DNA from: an uncultured Acidobacteriota bacterium
Lineage (GTDB): Bacteria; Acidobacteriota; JAQAZP01
DNA length: 64,000 nt
Assembly (NCBI GenBank): GCA_963836075.1
Contig: CAWIIB010000009.1
Span: forward strand, 1,088,001 to 1,152,000
Direction of reading: 5' to 3'
The position numbers and the translations under genes were made by a program. The notes beneath the pieces are model-generated. The model did no database searches, was not told where the DNA came from, and worked only from the letters and a program-made list of their open reading frames with translations. Numbering within the stretch: the first letter of the stretch is position 1; every line of letters starts with the position of its first letter. Of the stretch, positions 39,005 through 47,426 are shown piece after piece.

Positions 39005-41257
39005 ATGTCATATAGCACGCTGCGCCTGATCGCCATTTTCTCCTTCATTCTCCTTGCCGGCTCCGTGGCCACCCTGTCTCAAGCCACGGACATCCACGTT
39101 CCTGCCGACCACCCCACCATCCAGGCCGCTCTCGATGCTGCCGTCAACGGTGACACGGTGATTGTGGCCGACGGGGTCTGGACCGGTGCGGGGAACCGCG
39201 ACCTGGTGTTCAACGGCAAGGAAGTGCTGCTGGTATCGGTCAACGGCCCGCAGAACTGCACCATCGACTGTGAGGGATCGACAAGCGATCCCCACCGTGC
39301 CTTCGTCTTCGAGACCGGCGAGGGGCCGCTCACCGTGGTGCAGGGTTTCACCCTCACCGGCGGTTTTGCCGACCGGGGTGGGGCAATTGTCTGCGACGCC
39401 ACCTCGCCCACCATCCTCGACTGCGTGATCACCGGCAACGAGGCCCAGCAGCGCGGCGGCGGCATATCCTGCCACTACGCTTCGGCGGCACTGATCAGCG
39501 GCTGCGTGATCAGCGACAACACCGCGCTGGGCCTCACTCCGAACTTCGGCGGCGGCGGGCTCTCGCTGATCCACCAGTGCACGGTGCGGCTGGAGAACTG
39601 CCGGGTGGAGGGGAACAGCGGTTTCTACGGCGGGGGGATCAAGAACCGCTCCGGCAGCACCCTGGAGGCGGAGGGCTGCGTGATCACCGGCAACCAGGCG
39701 AACCAGGGAGGAGGACTGGCCAGCATCGCATACGCCGACACCTACTTCGTCAATTGCCTGATTGCCGGGAACACCTCGGATGGCCGCGGCGGGGGGATTT
39801 ACGCGTTCTCGGACTTCGGGGCGCCGGCGCCCATCGGCTACGGGTCCATGACCGACCTCAGCTTCTGCACCATGGTGGGTAACCAGGGATTGTCCTATGG
39901 TTCCGCCGTGTACATGGATGGTCTGGACAACCTGATGGTCAGCAACTCCATTGTCTGGGGCAACGGGCCCGTGCCGCTGGAGCCGTCCTATGCCGGGGAC
40001 GACGAGGTCACCTGGTCCGACATCGAGGGCGGTTACACCGGCTTCGGCAACATCGACGAGGACCCGCTCTTTGTCAGCGGCCCGCTGGGTGACCACTATC
40101 TCAGCCAGACCGCGGCGGGCCAGGCCGCCACCAGCCCCTGCGTGAATGCCGCCGACCCGTCGGCCGCGGCCCCTGACGGAACCACCCGCTCCGACTCGGA
40201 GCCCGACACCGGGGTGGCCGACATGGGCTGGCATTACGAACCGGTCCCTCCACCAGACATGCTGGTGACCGGTCCCGGGCCGGGGGTGGACAACCCGCCG
40301 CTGGTGCGGGTCTTCCCGGCGGAGCAGGATGCGGTCCATGTTTACGAATTCGCGGCATATGGTGCAACGCAGTATGGCGTCAATGTCACCTGCGGCGAAG
40401 TGACCGGTGACTCGCGGGACGAGATCATCACCGGCGCCGGGCCGGGTGCGATCTACGGCCCCCACGTGCGCGGCTTTGCCGTGGACGGCACCCCGCTGCC
40501 CGGGCTGAATTTCCTGGCCTACGGCACGAACAAGTACGGGGTCAACGTGGCCGCCGGCGATATCGACGGCGACGGCTACGACGAGATCGTTACCGGCGCC
40601 GGGCCCGGCGCGGTGTTCGGGCCCCACGTGCGGGGCTGGAACTACGACGGCACGGGGAAGGTCACCCCGGTCCCCGGGGTCAGCTACTTCGCCTACGGCA
40701 CGCCCAAGTGGGGGGTCAACGTCGCTTCCGGTGACCTGGACGGCGACGGCTACGACGAGATCGTCACCGGTGCCGGGCCCGGGGCGATTTACGGTCCCCA
40801 CGTCCGCGGCTGGAATGTGGACGGGGGCGCCGCGGCGGCCATCTCCGGGGTGAGCTTCTTTGCCTACGGGACCAACAAGTTCGGGGTCAACGTCAGCTGT
40901 GGCGACATCGATGGTGACGGCATGGCCGAAATCATCACCGGCGCCGGGCCGGGTCAGGTCTTCGGGGCCCACGTCCGGGGGTGGAATTGCGACGGCGCCG
41001 CCGTGATCGCCATCTCCGGCATCAACTTTTTTGCCTGGCCGCCGGAGGAGGTGCGTTTCGGGGCCCGGGTCAGCGCACTGGCCGACCTGAACGGCGACGG
41101 CCGGGCCGAGCTGCTGGTGGGACAGGGCCCCGACCCCGTTGCCTCGACGACGGTGAAGGTCTACCGCTACGACGGTGCGCAGCTCACGCCCTGGTTCGAC
41201 CTGGAGGCCTACCCCGGCCTGACCCACGGCGTCAACGTGGCCGCCGGCCGGTTCTGA
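39005..41257 (+). CDS. Secreted beta-helix protein with C-terminal FG-GAP-like repeat propeller
   Basis: Signal peptide, IHVPADHPTIQAA, GGAI/GGGI repeats, then repeats of AYGTxKxGVNVAxGDxDGDGxDEIVTGAGPGAxxGPHVRGWN. Confidence 0.9.
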   Translation: MSYSTLRLIAIFSFILLAGSVATLSQATDIHVPADHPTIQAALDAAVNGDTVIVADGVWTGAGNRDLVFNGKEVLLVSVNGPQNCTIDCEGSTSDPHRAFVFETGEGPLTVVQGFTLTGGFADRGGAIVCDATSPTILDCVITGNEAQQRGGGISCHYASAALISGCVISDNTALGLTPNFGGGGLSLIHQCTVRLENCRVEGNSGFYGGGIKNRSGSTLEAEGCVITGNQANQGGGLASIAYADTYFVNCLIAGNTSDGRGGGIYAFSDFGAPAPIGYGSMTDLSFCTMVGNQGLSYGSAVYMDGLDNLMVSNSIVWGNGPVPLEPSYAGDDEVTWSDIEGGYTGFGNIDEDPLFVSGPLGDHYLSQTAAGQAATSPCVNAADPSAAAPDGTTRSDSEPDTGVADMGWHYEPVPPPDMLVTGPGPGVDNPPLVRVFPAEQDAVHVYEFAAYGATQYGVNVTCGEVTGDSRDEIITGAGPGAIYGPHVRGFAVDGTPLPGLNFLAYGTNKYGVNVAAGDIDGDGYDEIVTGAGPGAVFGPHVRGWNYDGTGKVTPVPGVSYFAYGTPKWGVNVASGDLDGDGYDEIVTGAGPGAIYGPHVRGWNVDGGAAAAISGVSFFAYGTNKFGVNVSCGDIDGDGMAEIITGAGPGQVFGAHVRGWNCDGAAVIAISGINFFAWPPEEVRFGARVSALADLNGDGRAELLVGQGPDPVASTTVKVYRYDGAQLTPWFDLEAYPGLTHGVNVAAGRF

Positions 41258-41265
41258 CAACGCCG

Positions 41266-42714
41266 TCACCGGCCATCGGGTTGGGTCAGCGGGATGGTGA
41301 AACTGAAGACGCTGCCCCGGCCCGGCTCGCTCTCCGCCCACACCCGGCCGCCGTGGGCCTGCACCAGCTGCTTGACAATGGTCAGACCCAGTCCCGTGCC
41401 GCCGCTGTCCCGGGAGCGGGAGCGGTCGACGCGGTAGAAGCGCTCGAAGATGTGCGGCAGGTCCCCGGCTGAGATCCCCGGGCCGGTGTCGGCCACCGAG
41501 ACCCGGATCGCTTCGCCCGCCCCCTCGGCACTCACCCTCACCGTGCCGCCGGCCGGTGTGTGGTTGAGCGCGTTCTCCGCCAGGTTGCGTACCACCTGGC
41601 GCAGGCGCGCCGGGTCGAACCAGCCCCTGGGCAGGTCCGGCAGGTCCAGCTCCACCCGCGGGGCATCGGCGCCCCGGTCCGCCGCCAGCAGCTTGACCGC
41701 CGCCCCGATTTCCACGCCCACATCCACCACCGCCGGTTCCAGCGGCAGCTGGCCCGCCTCGGCCAGGGCCAGTTCCTGCAGGTCGTGGACCAGCCGGCCC
41801 AGCAGCATGGTCTCCTCGTGGATCGAGTCGATGGTCTCCGGGGACGGGTCGGCCAGCCCGTCCTGGATTGCCTCCAGGAGGCAACGGATGTTGGTCAGCG
41901 GCGTGCGCAGCTCGTGGGCGATGTCCGAGACCATATTCCGCCGCAGGGTTTCCACCCGGACCAGATTGTCGGCCATGTCGTTGAACGTCCTGGCCAGCCG
42001 GCCCAGCTCGTCCCGGGACACGGCCGGCACCCGGCAGTCCATGTTGCCCCGGGCCATTTCTCCTGCGGCCCGGGTCAGTTGCTCCACCGGGCGCAGCAGC
42101 CGCCGTGCCGCGATCCAGGTGACCAGCATCATCAGCAGCCCCACGCCGATGGTCCCGGCCAGCAGCCAGCGGTTCACCGCCTGGAGGAAGTCCTGTTCGG
42201 TGAACAGGGTTTCAGCGGCCTGCTCCACATCGGGCGGCAGGCCGGGAATGATGATCGCCGTGCCGCATGGCTGGCCGTCGACGCCGTGGAGCACGATCCG
42301 GGGAACCCTGAAGTTGAGCACGCGCTGGGGGGAGGGGTCCTCCCCCGCAGTCCAGACCAGCATCACGCCGTCGGCCGAGAGCGTCACCTCGGCCCTGGTC
42401 AGTTCCGGGTCTGAAGCGGCGGCTGGCTGGTCCCCGGCGTCGAGCAGCAGCAGCCGGCCGTCCAGGTTCCGAGCCAGCTGGTCCACCAGCGGCCCGGCGC
42501 CCTCCCAGCTGCCGGTGCTCCTGAAGTGCGCTTCCAGCGGCTCGCCGAGCGTGTCCAGTCCGGCCACCGGGTCCGTTTCAGGGTGGCGGGATTCGAGGAT
42601 AAAGCGGCTGAATTCCGTCCGGGTCGCCCGGCTGGAGATCCAGGCCACCGAGACCACGGCCACGGCCACCACCAGACCCACCAGAACCAGCAGCCGGACC
42701 CGGAGACTACTCAT
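41266..42714 (-). CDS. HAMP sensor histidine kinase (BaeS-like)
   Basis: Two TMs, HAMP (DELGRLARTFNDMA), DIAHELRTPLT, NLAENAL, DTGPGI, FERFYRVD, GTGLGL. Confidence 0.96.
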   Translation of the reverse strand: MSSLRVRLLVLVGLVVAVAVVSVAWISSRATRTEFSRFILESRHPETDPVAGLDTLGEPLEAHFRSTGSWEGAGPLVDQLARNLDGRLLLLDAGDQPAAASDPELTRAEVTLSADGVMLVWTAGEDPSPQRVLNFRVPRIVLHGVDGQPCGTAIIIPGLPPDVEQAAETLFTEQDFLQAVNRWLLAGTIGVGLLMMLVTWIAARRLLRPVEQLTRAAGEMARGNMDCRVPAVSRDELGRLARTFNDMADNLVRVETLRRNMVSDIAHELRTPLTNIRCLLEAIQDGLADPSPETIDSIHEETMLLGRLVHDLQELALAEAGQLPLEPAVVDVGVEIGAAVKLLAADRGADAPRVELDLPDLPRGWFDPARLRQVVRNLAENALNHTPAGGTVRVSAEGAGEAIRVSVADTGPGISAGDLPHIFERFYRVDRSRSRDSGGTGLGLTIVKQLVQAHGGRVWAESEPGRGSVFSFTIPLTQPDGR

Positions 42715-43426
42715 CGTCCGTCTCCCTGCTGAAGGTGTAGCCCACGCCAAAGACTGTTCTGATCAATTCGGGCCGCGAACGGTCCGGGTCGAGCTTGCGC
42801 CGGAGGTTTCCCACATGGGCGTCCACCGTCCGGTCGAAGCCGTCGAAGTCAGCGGCCAGTGCCTGCTCGATCAACTGTTCCCGGGTGAAGACCATCCCCG
42901 GCCTTCGGGCCATCACCGCCAGCAACCGGAACTCGCTGGGCGTCAACTCCACCTTCCGGCCGCCGAGGGTCACCCGGTGATGGACCGGATCGATGAGCAG
43001 GTCCCTGATCTGGAGCGGTTCTTCCCCGGCCGGCCCTGAGGCTTCGCCGCCTGTTCCGCCGGTCGAGCGGCGCAGCACCGCACGAATGCGGGCCACCAGT
43101 TCGCGCGGGCTGAACGGTTTGGGCAGATAGTCGTCGGCGCCGGTGTCGAGACCGCGGACCCGGTCGTTCTCGAGAGTCCTGGCGGTGAGCATGATCACCG
43201 GCACGGCGGAGGTCCGGCGCAGGTTCCGGCAGAGCTCCAGGCCGTCCATCCCGGGGAGCATCAGGTCGAGGACCAGCAGGTCGTAGCGCCCGGTACGGGC
43301 CTCGGCCAGGCCTCCGGGCCCGTCCGGCACCAGCACCGCCTCCATGCCGGCCCGCTCCAGGTAGAGCTTCACCGCTGCCGCCGTTTTGCGGTCATCCTCC
43401 ACCACCAGGATTCGAGGTTTGCCCAT
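42707..43426 (-). CDS. OmpR family response regulator (BaeR-like)
   Basis: ILVVEDD, LDLMLPGMDG, GADDYLPKPFSPREL, RTVDAHVGNLRRKL, TVFGVGY. Confidence 0.97.
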   Translation of the reverse strand: MGKPRILVVEDDRKTAAAVKLYLERAGMEAVLVPDGPGGLAEARTGRYDLLVLDLMLPGMDGLELCRNLRRTSAVPVIMLTARTLENDRVRGLDTGADDYLPKPFSPRELVARIRAVLRRSTGGTGGEASGPAGEEPLQIRDLLIDPVHHRVTLGGRKVELTPSEFRLLAVMARRPGMVFTREQLIEQALAADFDGFDRTVDAHVGNLRRKLDPDRSRPELIRTVFGVGYTFSRETDDE

Positions 43427-43489
43427 CACCCGGTCCTCCGCCGGGAAAAGACTACCAACTGGCCGCTTCCACGGCAACCGGCGAAGCAA

Positions 43490-44962
43490 TCAATCCTCCT
43501 CCACCATCCGGAGAATGTTTTGTCCCACCTCGATGGCCAGCGGCATGTCGAAGTTGGACAGCACCACCACGGTCCAGCCGTCGACCAGGTCGATGGCGAA
43601 GAGGGCGTTGATGCCGGGTGCCCCGCCGGCCAGCACCATCGGGCCCTTGGGCTCAAAGGGATCGCCCGGTTTACCGTTGAACTGGCACAGAACCATCTCT
43701 GTCCAATTCTTACCCAGCAGCTTGTTCCCGCAGAGCGCCTGCCGGAAGCGGAGCATGTCCTCCGTTGTTGAGTAGCCGCCCCCGGCGGGGGTGCCGCGGG
43801 GAGAGAGCATGAAGGTGTTCGACCAGCGGAATCCCGTGCCCTCCGGGTCGGCGGAGTTCATGTCGGTGTACCCCGTGGCCAGGTCCCTGGCCGGTCCGTC
43901 CCGGTGGTAGGAATCGGAGTTGGCCATCCCGGCAGGCTGGTAGATGTGGCGGCGAACATACTCGAAATAGTCGAGGCCCGACACCTTCTCGATCACCGCA
44001 CCGAGGATCTCGTAGCTGGTGTTGCTGTGTGCGTTGTCGGTTCCCGGTTCGAAGCTGAGCGGCACCTCCTTGAGAAAGGCGATGTAGTCGCTCACCGTGC
44101 GCAGGTCGTTCCGGGTGGCCAGGTAGGTCTCGTTGCCCCAGTAGTCACCCCAGCCCGAGCGCATCTGCAGCAGGTGCCGGATGGTCACCTTCCCGGCCGC
44201 TTGCGGAGCGAACCCGTCGAGATAGCGGCCCAGGGGGATATCGAGCCCCAGCTTGCCCTGCTCCGCCAGTTGGGCGATGGCCACGCTGGTGAACAGCTTG
44301 TTCAGTGAGCCGATGTTGAATCTGGTATCCAGGCGGTTGGGCGCATCAAAGGTCCGGTTGGCCAGGCCGTAGGCCTTGTGGAACACGGGTTGGCCGTCCT
44401 TCGCCGCCAGCACCACACCGGAAAACTCGTTCCCGGCCGTCCTGCGGACCAGGTCGGCATCCAGTTCCTCAAAGCCTGAATAGGGAGCCTCTTTCCCATC
44501 CCCAGCCGGGACCGGCCCACGGTCAACGGCCGTGCCCTCCGGCGCTTCGCCGGGCGCGATGCCCATGGAGACGATCCGGTGCGGAACCTCCGGCTCCACC
44601 TCCAGATCGAGGTATAGCCATGCGTCGGATGCGGCTGAGCGGAGAGCGACCCTGATCCCTGTTGCCGACGATTCCACCACCTGGCCCAGGGTGAGCTGCG
44701 GGAACATGCTCCGGGTCATTCGAAAGATACCCTGGTGCTGGGCCATGGGAAAGCCGTCGCGGAATTCCGGGGCGTATGCGGTGTCGATATACTTCTGCAC
44801 GACGTCTTTGTCTCCCCGGTTCAGCAGGTCGAGGATCTCCCCGGCCCGTTTTCCGGCCGGTGTGTCAGGGAACACCGCCGGGCCGGCGAAAAGGGCGGGT
44901 CCGGCGCATAGAACGAAGATGGTGATCAATGCAATCGCTCTTGACGACATTCGGTTTTTCAT
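43490..44962 (-). CDS. Secreted serine hydrolase, beta-lactamase family
   Basis: Signal peptide, FSGVVL, FNIGSLNKLFT (SxxK), VTIRHLL.M.SG, HSNTSY, PAGGGYST. Confidence 0.92.
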   Translation of the reverse strand: MKNRMSSRAIALITIFVLCAGPALFAGPAVFPDTPAGKRAGEILDLLNRGDKDVVQKYIDTAYAPEFRDGFPMAQHQGIFRMTRSMFPQLTLGQVVESSATGIRVALRSAASDAWLYLDLEVEPEVPHRIVSMGIAPGEAPEGTAVDRGPVPAGDGKEAPYSGFEELDADLVRRTAGNEFSGVVLAAKDGQPVFHKAYGLANRTFDAPNRLDTRFNIGSLNKLFTSVAIAQLAEQGKLGLDIPLGRYLDGFAPQAAGKVTIRHLLQMRSGWGDYWGNETYLATRNDLRTVSDYIAFLKEVPLSFEPGTDNAHSNTSYEILGAVIEKVSGLDYFEYVRRHIYQPAGMANSDSYHRDGPARDLATGYTDMNSADPEGTGFRWSNTFMLSPRGTPAGGGYSTTEDMLRFRQALCGNKLLGKNWTEMVLCQFNGKPGDPFEPKGPMVLAGGAPGINALFAIDLVDGWTVVVLSNFDMPLAIEVGQNILRMVEED

Positions 44963-45047
44963 GATTCCCTCCAATAGTTTGTACCGTTCCGGCAGCCCGT
45001 TCCGCCAAAGGGTCACCTTGGGCTGGTTATATGATTGAGGGTGGATT

Positions 45048-45064
45048 TGAAGATTTCATGAAGA
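45048..45064 (-). promoter_or_regulatory. Candidate response-regulator binding site (11-bp-period direct repeat)
   Basis: TGAAGA-N5-TGAAGA just upstream of a minus-strand TATAAC hexamer, before the hydrolase-RR-HK operon. Confidence 0.5.
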
Positions 45065-45291
45065 CACGTTTGCCTGTCATGAAAATGCCGTCCTGCCTTG
45101 ACGTCTGATACGAAAATACCTATCTTTAATAGAGATACGCGCTGATTTATCCGACTGCATTTTGTTATCCGCTGTCCGGATCTACCGGTTCCGTCCGGGT
45201 GGACTGACTTTGCCGGTTCCCCTGGCCCGCATCTCTGCGCTGCGGTCAGCGCTCCGGGGTTGGGGATCGACAACAGACCAACTGAGATGAC

Positions 45292-47265
45292 GTGATGAAC
45301 ACTCCGGCCCATGACCTGCTGCTGCTCCTGCTCGACCTGGCCCAGCAGAAATCGGCCCCCCAGGTCAGGGCGACTTTTGTGGAGGCCCTCAACGCCCTGT
45401 TCGCGCCGGCAGCCTTCCACTGGCTGGAACCGGACGAGGATCTGGAGGGCCAGATCATCGCCGTGGCCAGCCCCGGCAGGGAGTATGGCCGGATCGCGGT
45501 GGTTGCCGAGGACGGCAGCGCTGCGGCAGACATGCTTCCCCTGGTGCACAATGCGGCAAGCATGCTGGGGGTGATCCTGGAGAAAGTCGAGGCGGACCGG
45601 CTGCTGGCCGACGAGAAGCTGCTGCTCCAGGAACAGGTGGATGCACAGACCGCCGAGCTCAGCAAGGCCAACCTGGACCTCAAGCTGGAGATCGAAGAGC
45701 GCACACGGGTGGAAAAGGCGCTGCGGGAGAGTGAGGAGAGGCTGGACCTGGCCATCGTGGGGACCAACCTCGGGATGTGGGACTGGAATATCGAGACCGG
45801 AGACGTCACCTACAGCGAGCGGTGGCTGCGCATGCTGGGCTATGAGCTGGACGAGCTGGAGCACAAGTTCAGCACCTGGGAAGCCCTGATCCACCCCGAG
45901 GACAAGCCGGGGGTGGTGGAGATCCTCAACCGGCATTTCGAAGATGACCAGCGTGAATACAACGTGGTCTTCCGCCTGAAGGCCAAGACCGGTGAGTGGC
46001 GCTGGATCAACTCCCGGGGCCGGGTATTCGCCCGGGACGAAGGCAATCAGCCCCTGCGGATGGTGGGGACCCACATCGACATCACCGAGCGGAAGAAGGC
46101 CGAGGAGGACAAGGTCATGCTGGAGGACCAGCTGCACCAGTCCCAGAAGATGGAGGCGGTGGGACGGCTGGCCGGGGGCGTGGCCCACGACTTCAACAAC
46201 ATCCTCACCGGGATCATCGGGTTCGCCGAACTGGGCCAGTCCACGGTGAGCCCCGGGGATGCGGTCCACGCCGACCTGGAGGAGATCCGCAAAGCCGCCG
46301 ACCGCGCGGCGGGGCTGACCGCCCAGCTGTTGGCCTTCTCCCGCAAGCAGATCATCAACCCCATGGTGATCAAGCCCAACGACGCCCTGCAGAACTCGCA
46401 GAAGATGCTGCAGCGGATCATCGGCGAGGACATCGATTTTTTCTTCAACCCGGCCGATGACCTGTGGCGGATCAAGGCCGACACCGGCCAGCTGGACCAG
46501 ATCCTTTTCAACCTGGCGGTCAATGCCCGCGATGCCATGCCCGGCGGGGGCAAGCTGACCATCGAGACCCGGAACGTAACCATCGACGATGCGTACTGCC
46601 GCACCCACGAGGGAGTGGAGCCGGGCGACTATGTCATGCTGGCCGTTCACGACAGTGGTCAGGGCATGGACGCCGAGACCCAGGCTCACATTTTCGAGCC
46701 GTTTTATTCCACCAAGGAGAAAGACCGGGGCACGGGACTGGGGCTGTCCACGGTTTACGGCATCATGAAGCAGAACCGGGGCTTCATCGATGTCCACTCC
46801 GAGCCGGATGCCGGCTCGACCTTCAGGATCTATTTCCCGGCAGTGAGGGATCCGGCGGACGAACTGGCCACGTCGAATCTGATCGCCAACGCCACCGGCA
46901 CGGAGACGATTCTCCTGGTGGAGGACGAAGCGATGGTCCGACTGCTGGCGAAAAAGATCCTGGTCAAGCACGGCTACAAGGTGGTCGACCTGGACAACGG
47001 TGAGCTGGCCCTGCTCTGGGCCGGGCGGAACGACCAGGATGTGGATCTGCTGCTCACCGATGTGATCATGCCCGGAATGAACGGCCGGGAACTGCATGAC
47101 AAGCTGCGGGAGAATCGGCCGGAAATGAAGACCCTCTTCATGTCCGGGTACAACGAGGACGTCATCGCCCACCACGGTGTCCTCAACGACGACACCGAGT
47201 TCATCCAGAAGCCGTTCACCCTCTGGTCCCTGACCCGCCGGGTGCGGGATGTACTCGACAGCTGA
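45292..47265 (+). CDS. PAS hybrid sensor kinase/receiver (CckA-like)
   Basis: PAS_3 (WDWNIETG...IHPED), QSQKMEAVGRLAGGVAHDFNNIL, NARDAMPGGG, GTGLGLSTV, LLLTDVIMPGMNG. Confidence 0.96.
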   Translation: MMNTPAHDLLLLLLDLAQQKSAPQVRATFVEALNALFAPAAFHWLEPDEDLEGQIIAVASPGREYGRIAVVAEDGSAAADMLPLVHNAASMLGVILEKVEADRLLADEKLLLQEQVDAQTAELSKANLDLKLEIEERTRVEKALRESEERLDLAIVGTNLGMWDWNIETGDVTYSERWLRMLGYELDELEHKFSTWEALIHPEDKPGVVEILNRHFEDDQREYNVVFRLKAKTGEWRWINSRGRVFARDEGNQPLRMVGTHIDITERKKAEEDKVMLEDQLHQSQKMEAVGRLAGGVAHDFNNILTGIIGFAELGQSTVSPGDAVHADLEEIRKAADRAAGLTAQLLAFSRKQIINPMVIKPNDALQNSQKMLQRIIGEDIDFFFNPADDLWRIKADTGQLDQILFNLAVNARDAMPGGGKLTIETRNVTIDDAYCRTHEGVEPGDYVMLAVHDSGQGMDAETQAHIFEPFYSTKEKDRGTGLGLSTVYGIMKQNRGFIDVHSEPDAGSTFRIYFPAVRDPADELATSNLIANATGTETILLVEDEAMVRLLAKKILVKHGYKVVDLDNGELALLWAGRNDQDVDLLLTDVIMPGMNGRELHDKLRENRPEMKTLFMSGYNEDVIAHHGVLNDDTEFIQKPFTLWSLTRRVRDVLDS

Positions 47266-47426
47266 GCCGGTCCTCCGGTTTTCCCCAAGCCCCGAAATCC
47301 TCCCAAATCCTCAAAAATGATAACCAAAATCGGGCCTCAGGCCGATATGTCTACTGTGGGGCCGGTCTCTCCCGCCGGGGGCGTCCGGTGGAAGGCTGGG
47401 TACTGAGAGTCCACAGGGGTTTTTCG

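Noticed and set aside
40345-41000. Tandem ~170-bp imperfect DNA repeats (also 55430-55960 and throughout 61100-64000) as a CRISPR array or DGR template/variable repeats
   Set aside because: They are in-frame FG-GAP/VCBS protein repeats varying at synonymous sites; there is no repeat-spacer structure, and no cas or reverse transcriptase gene in the window.
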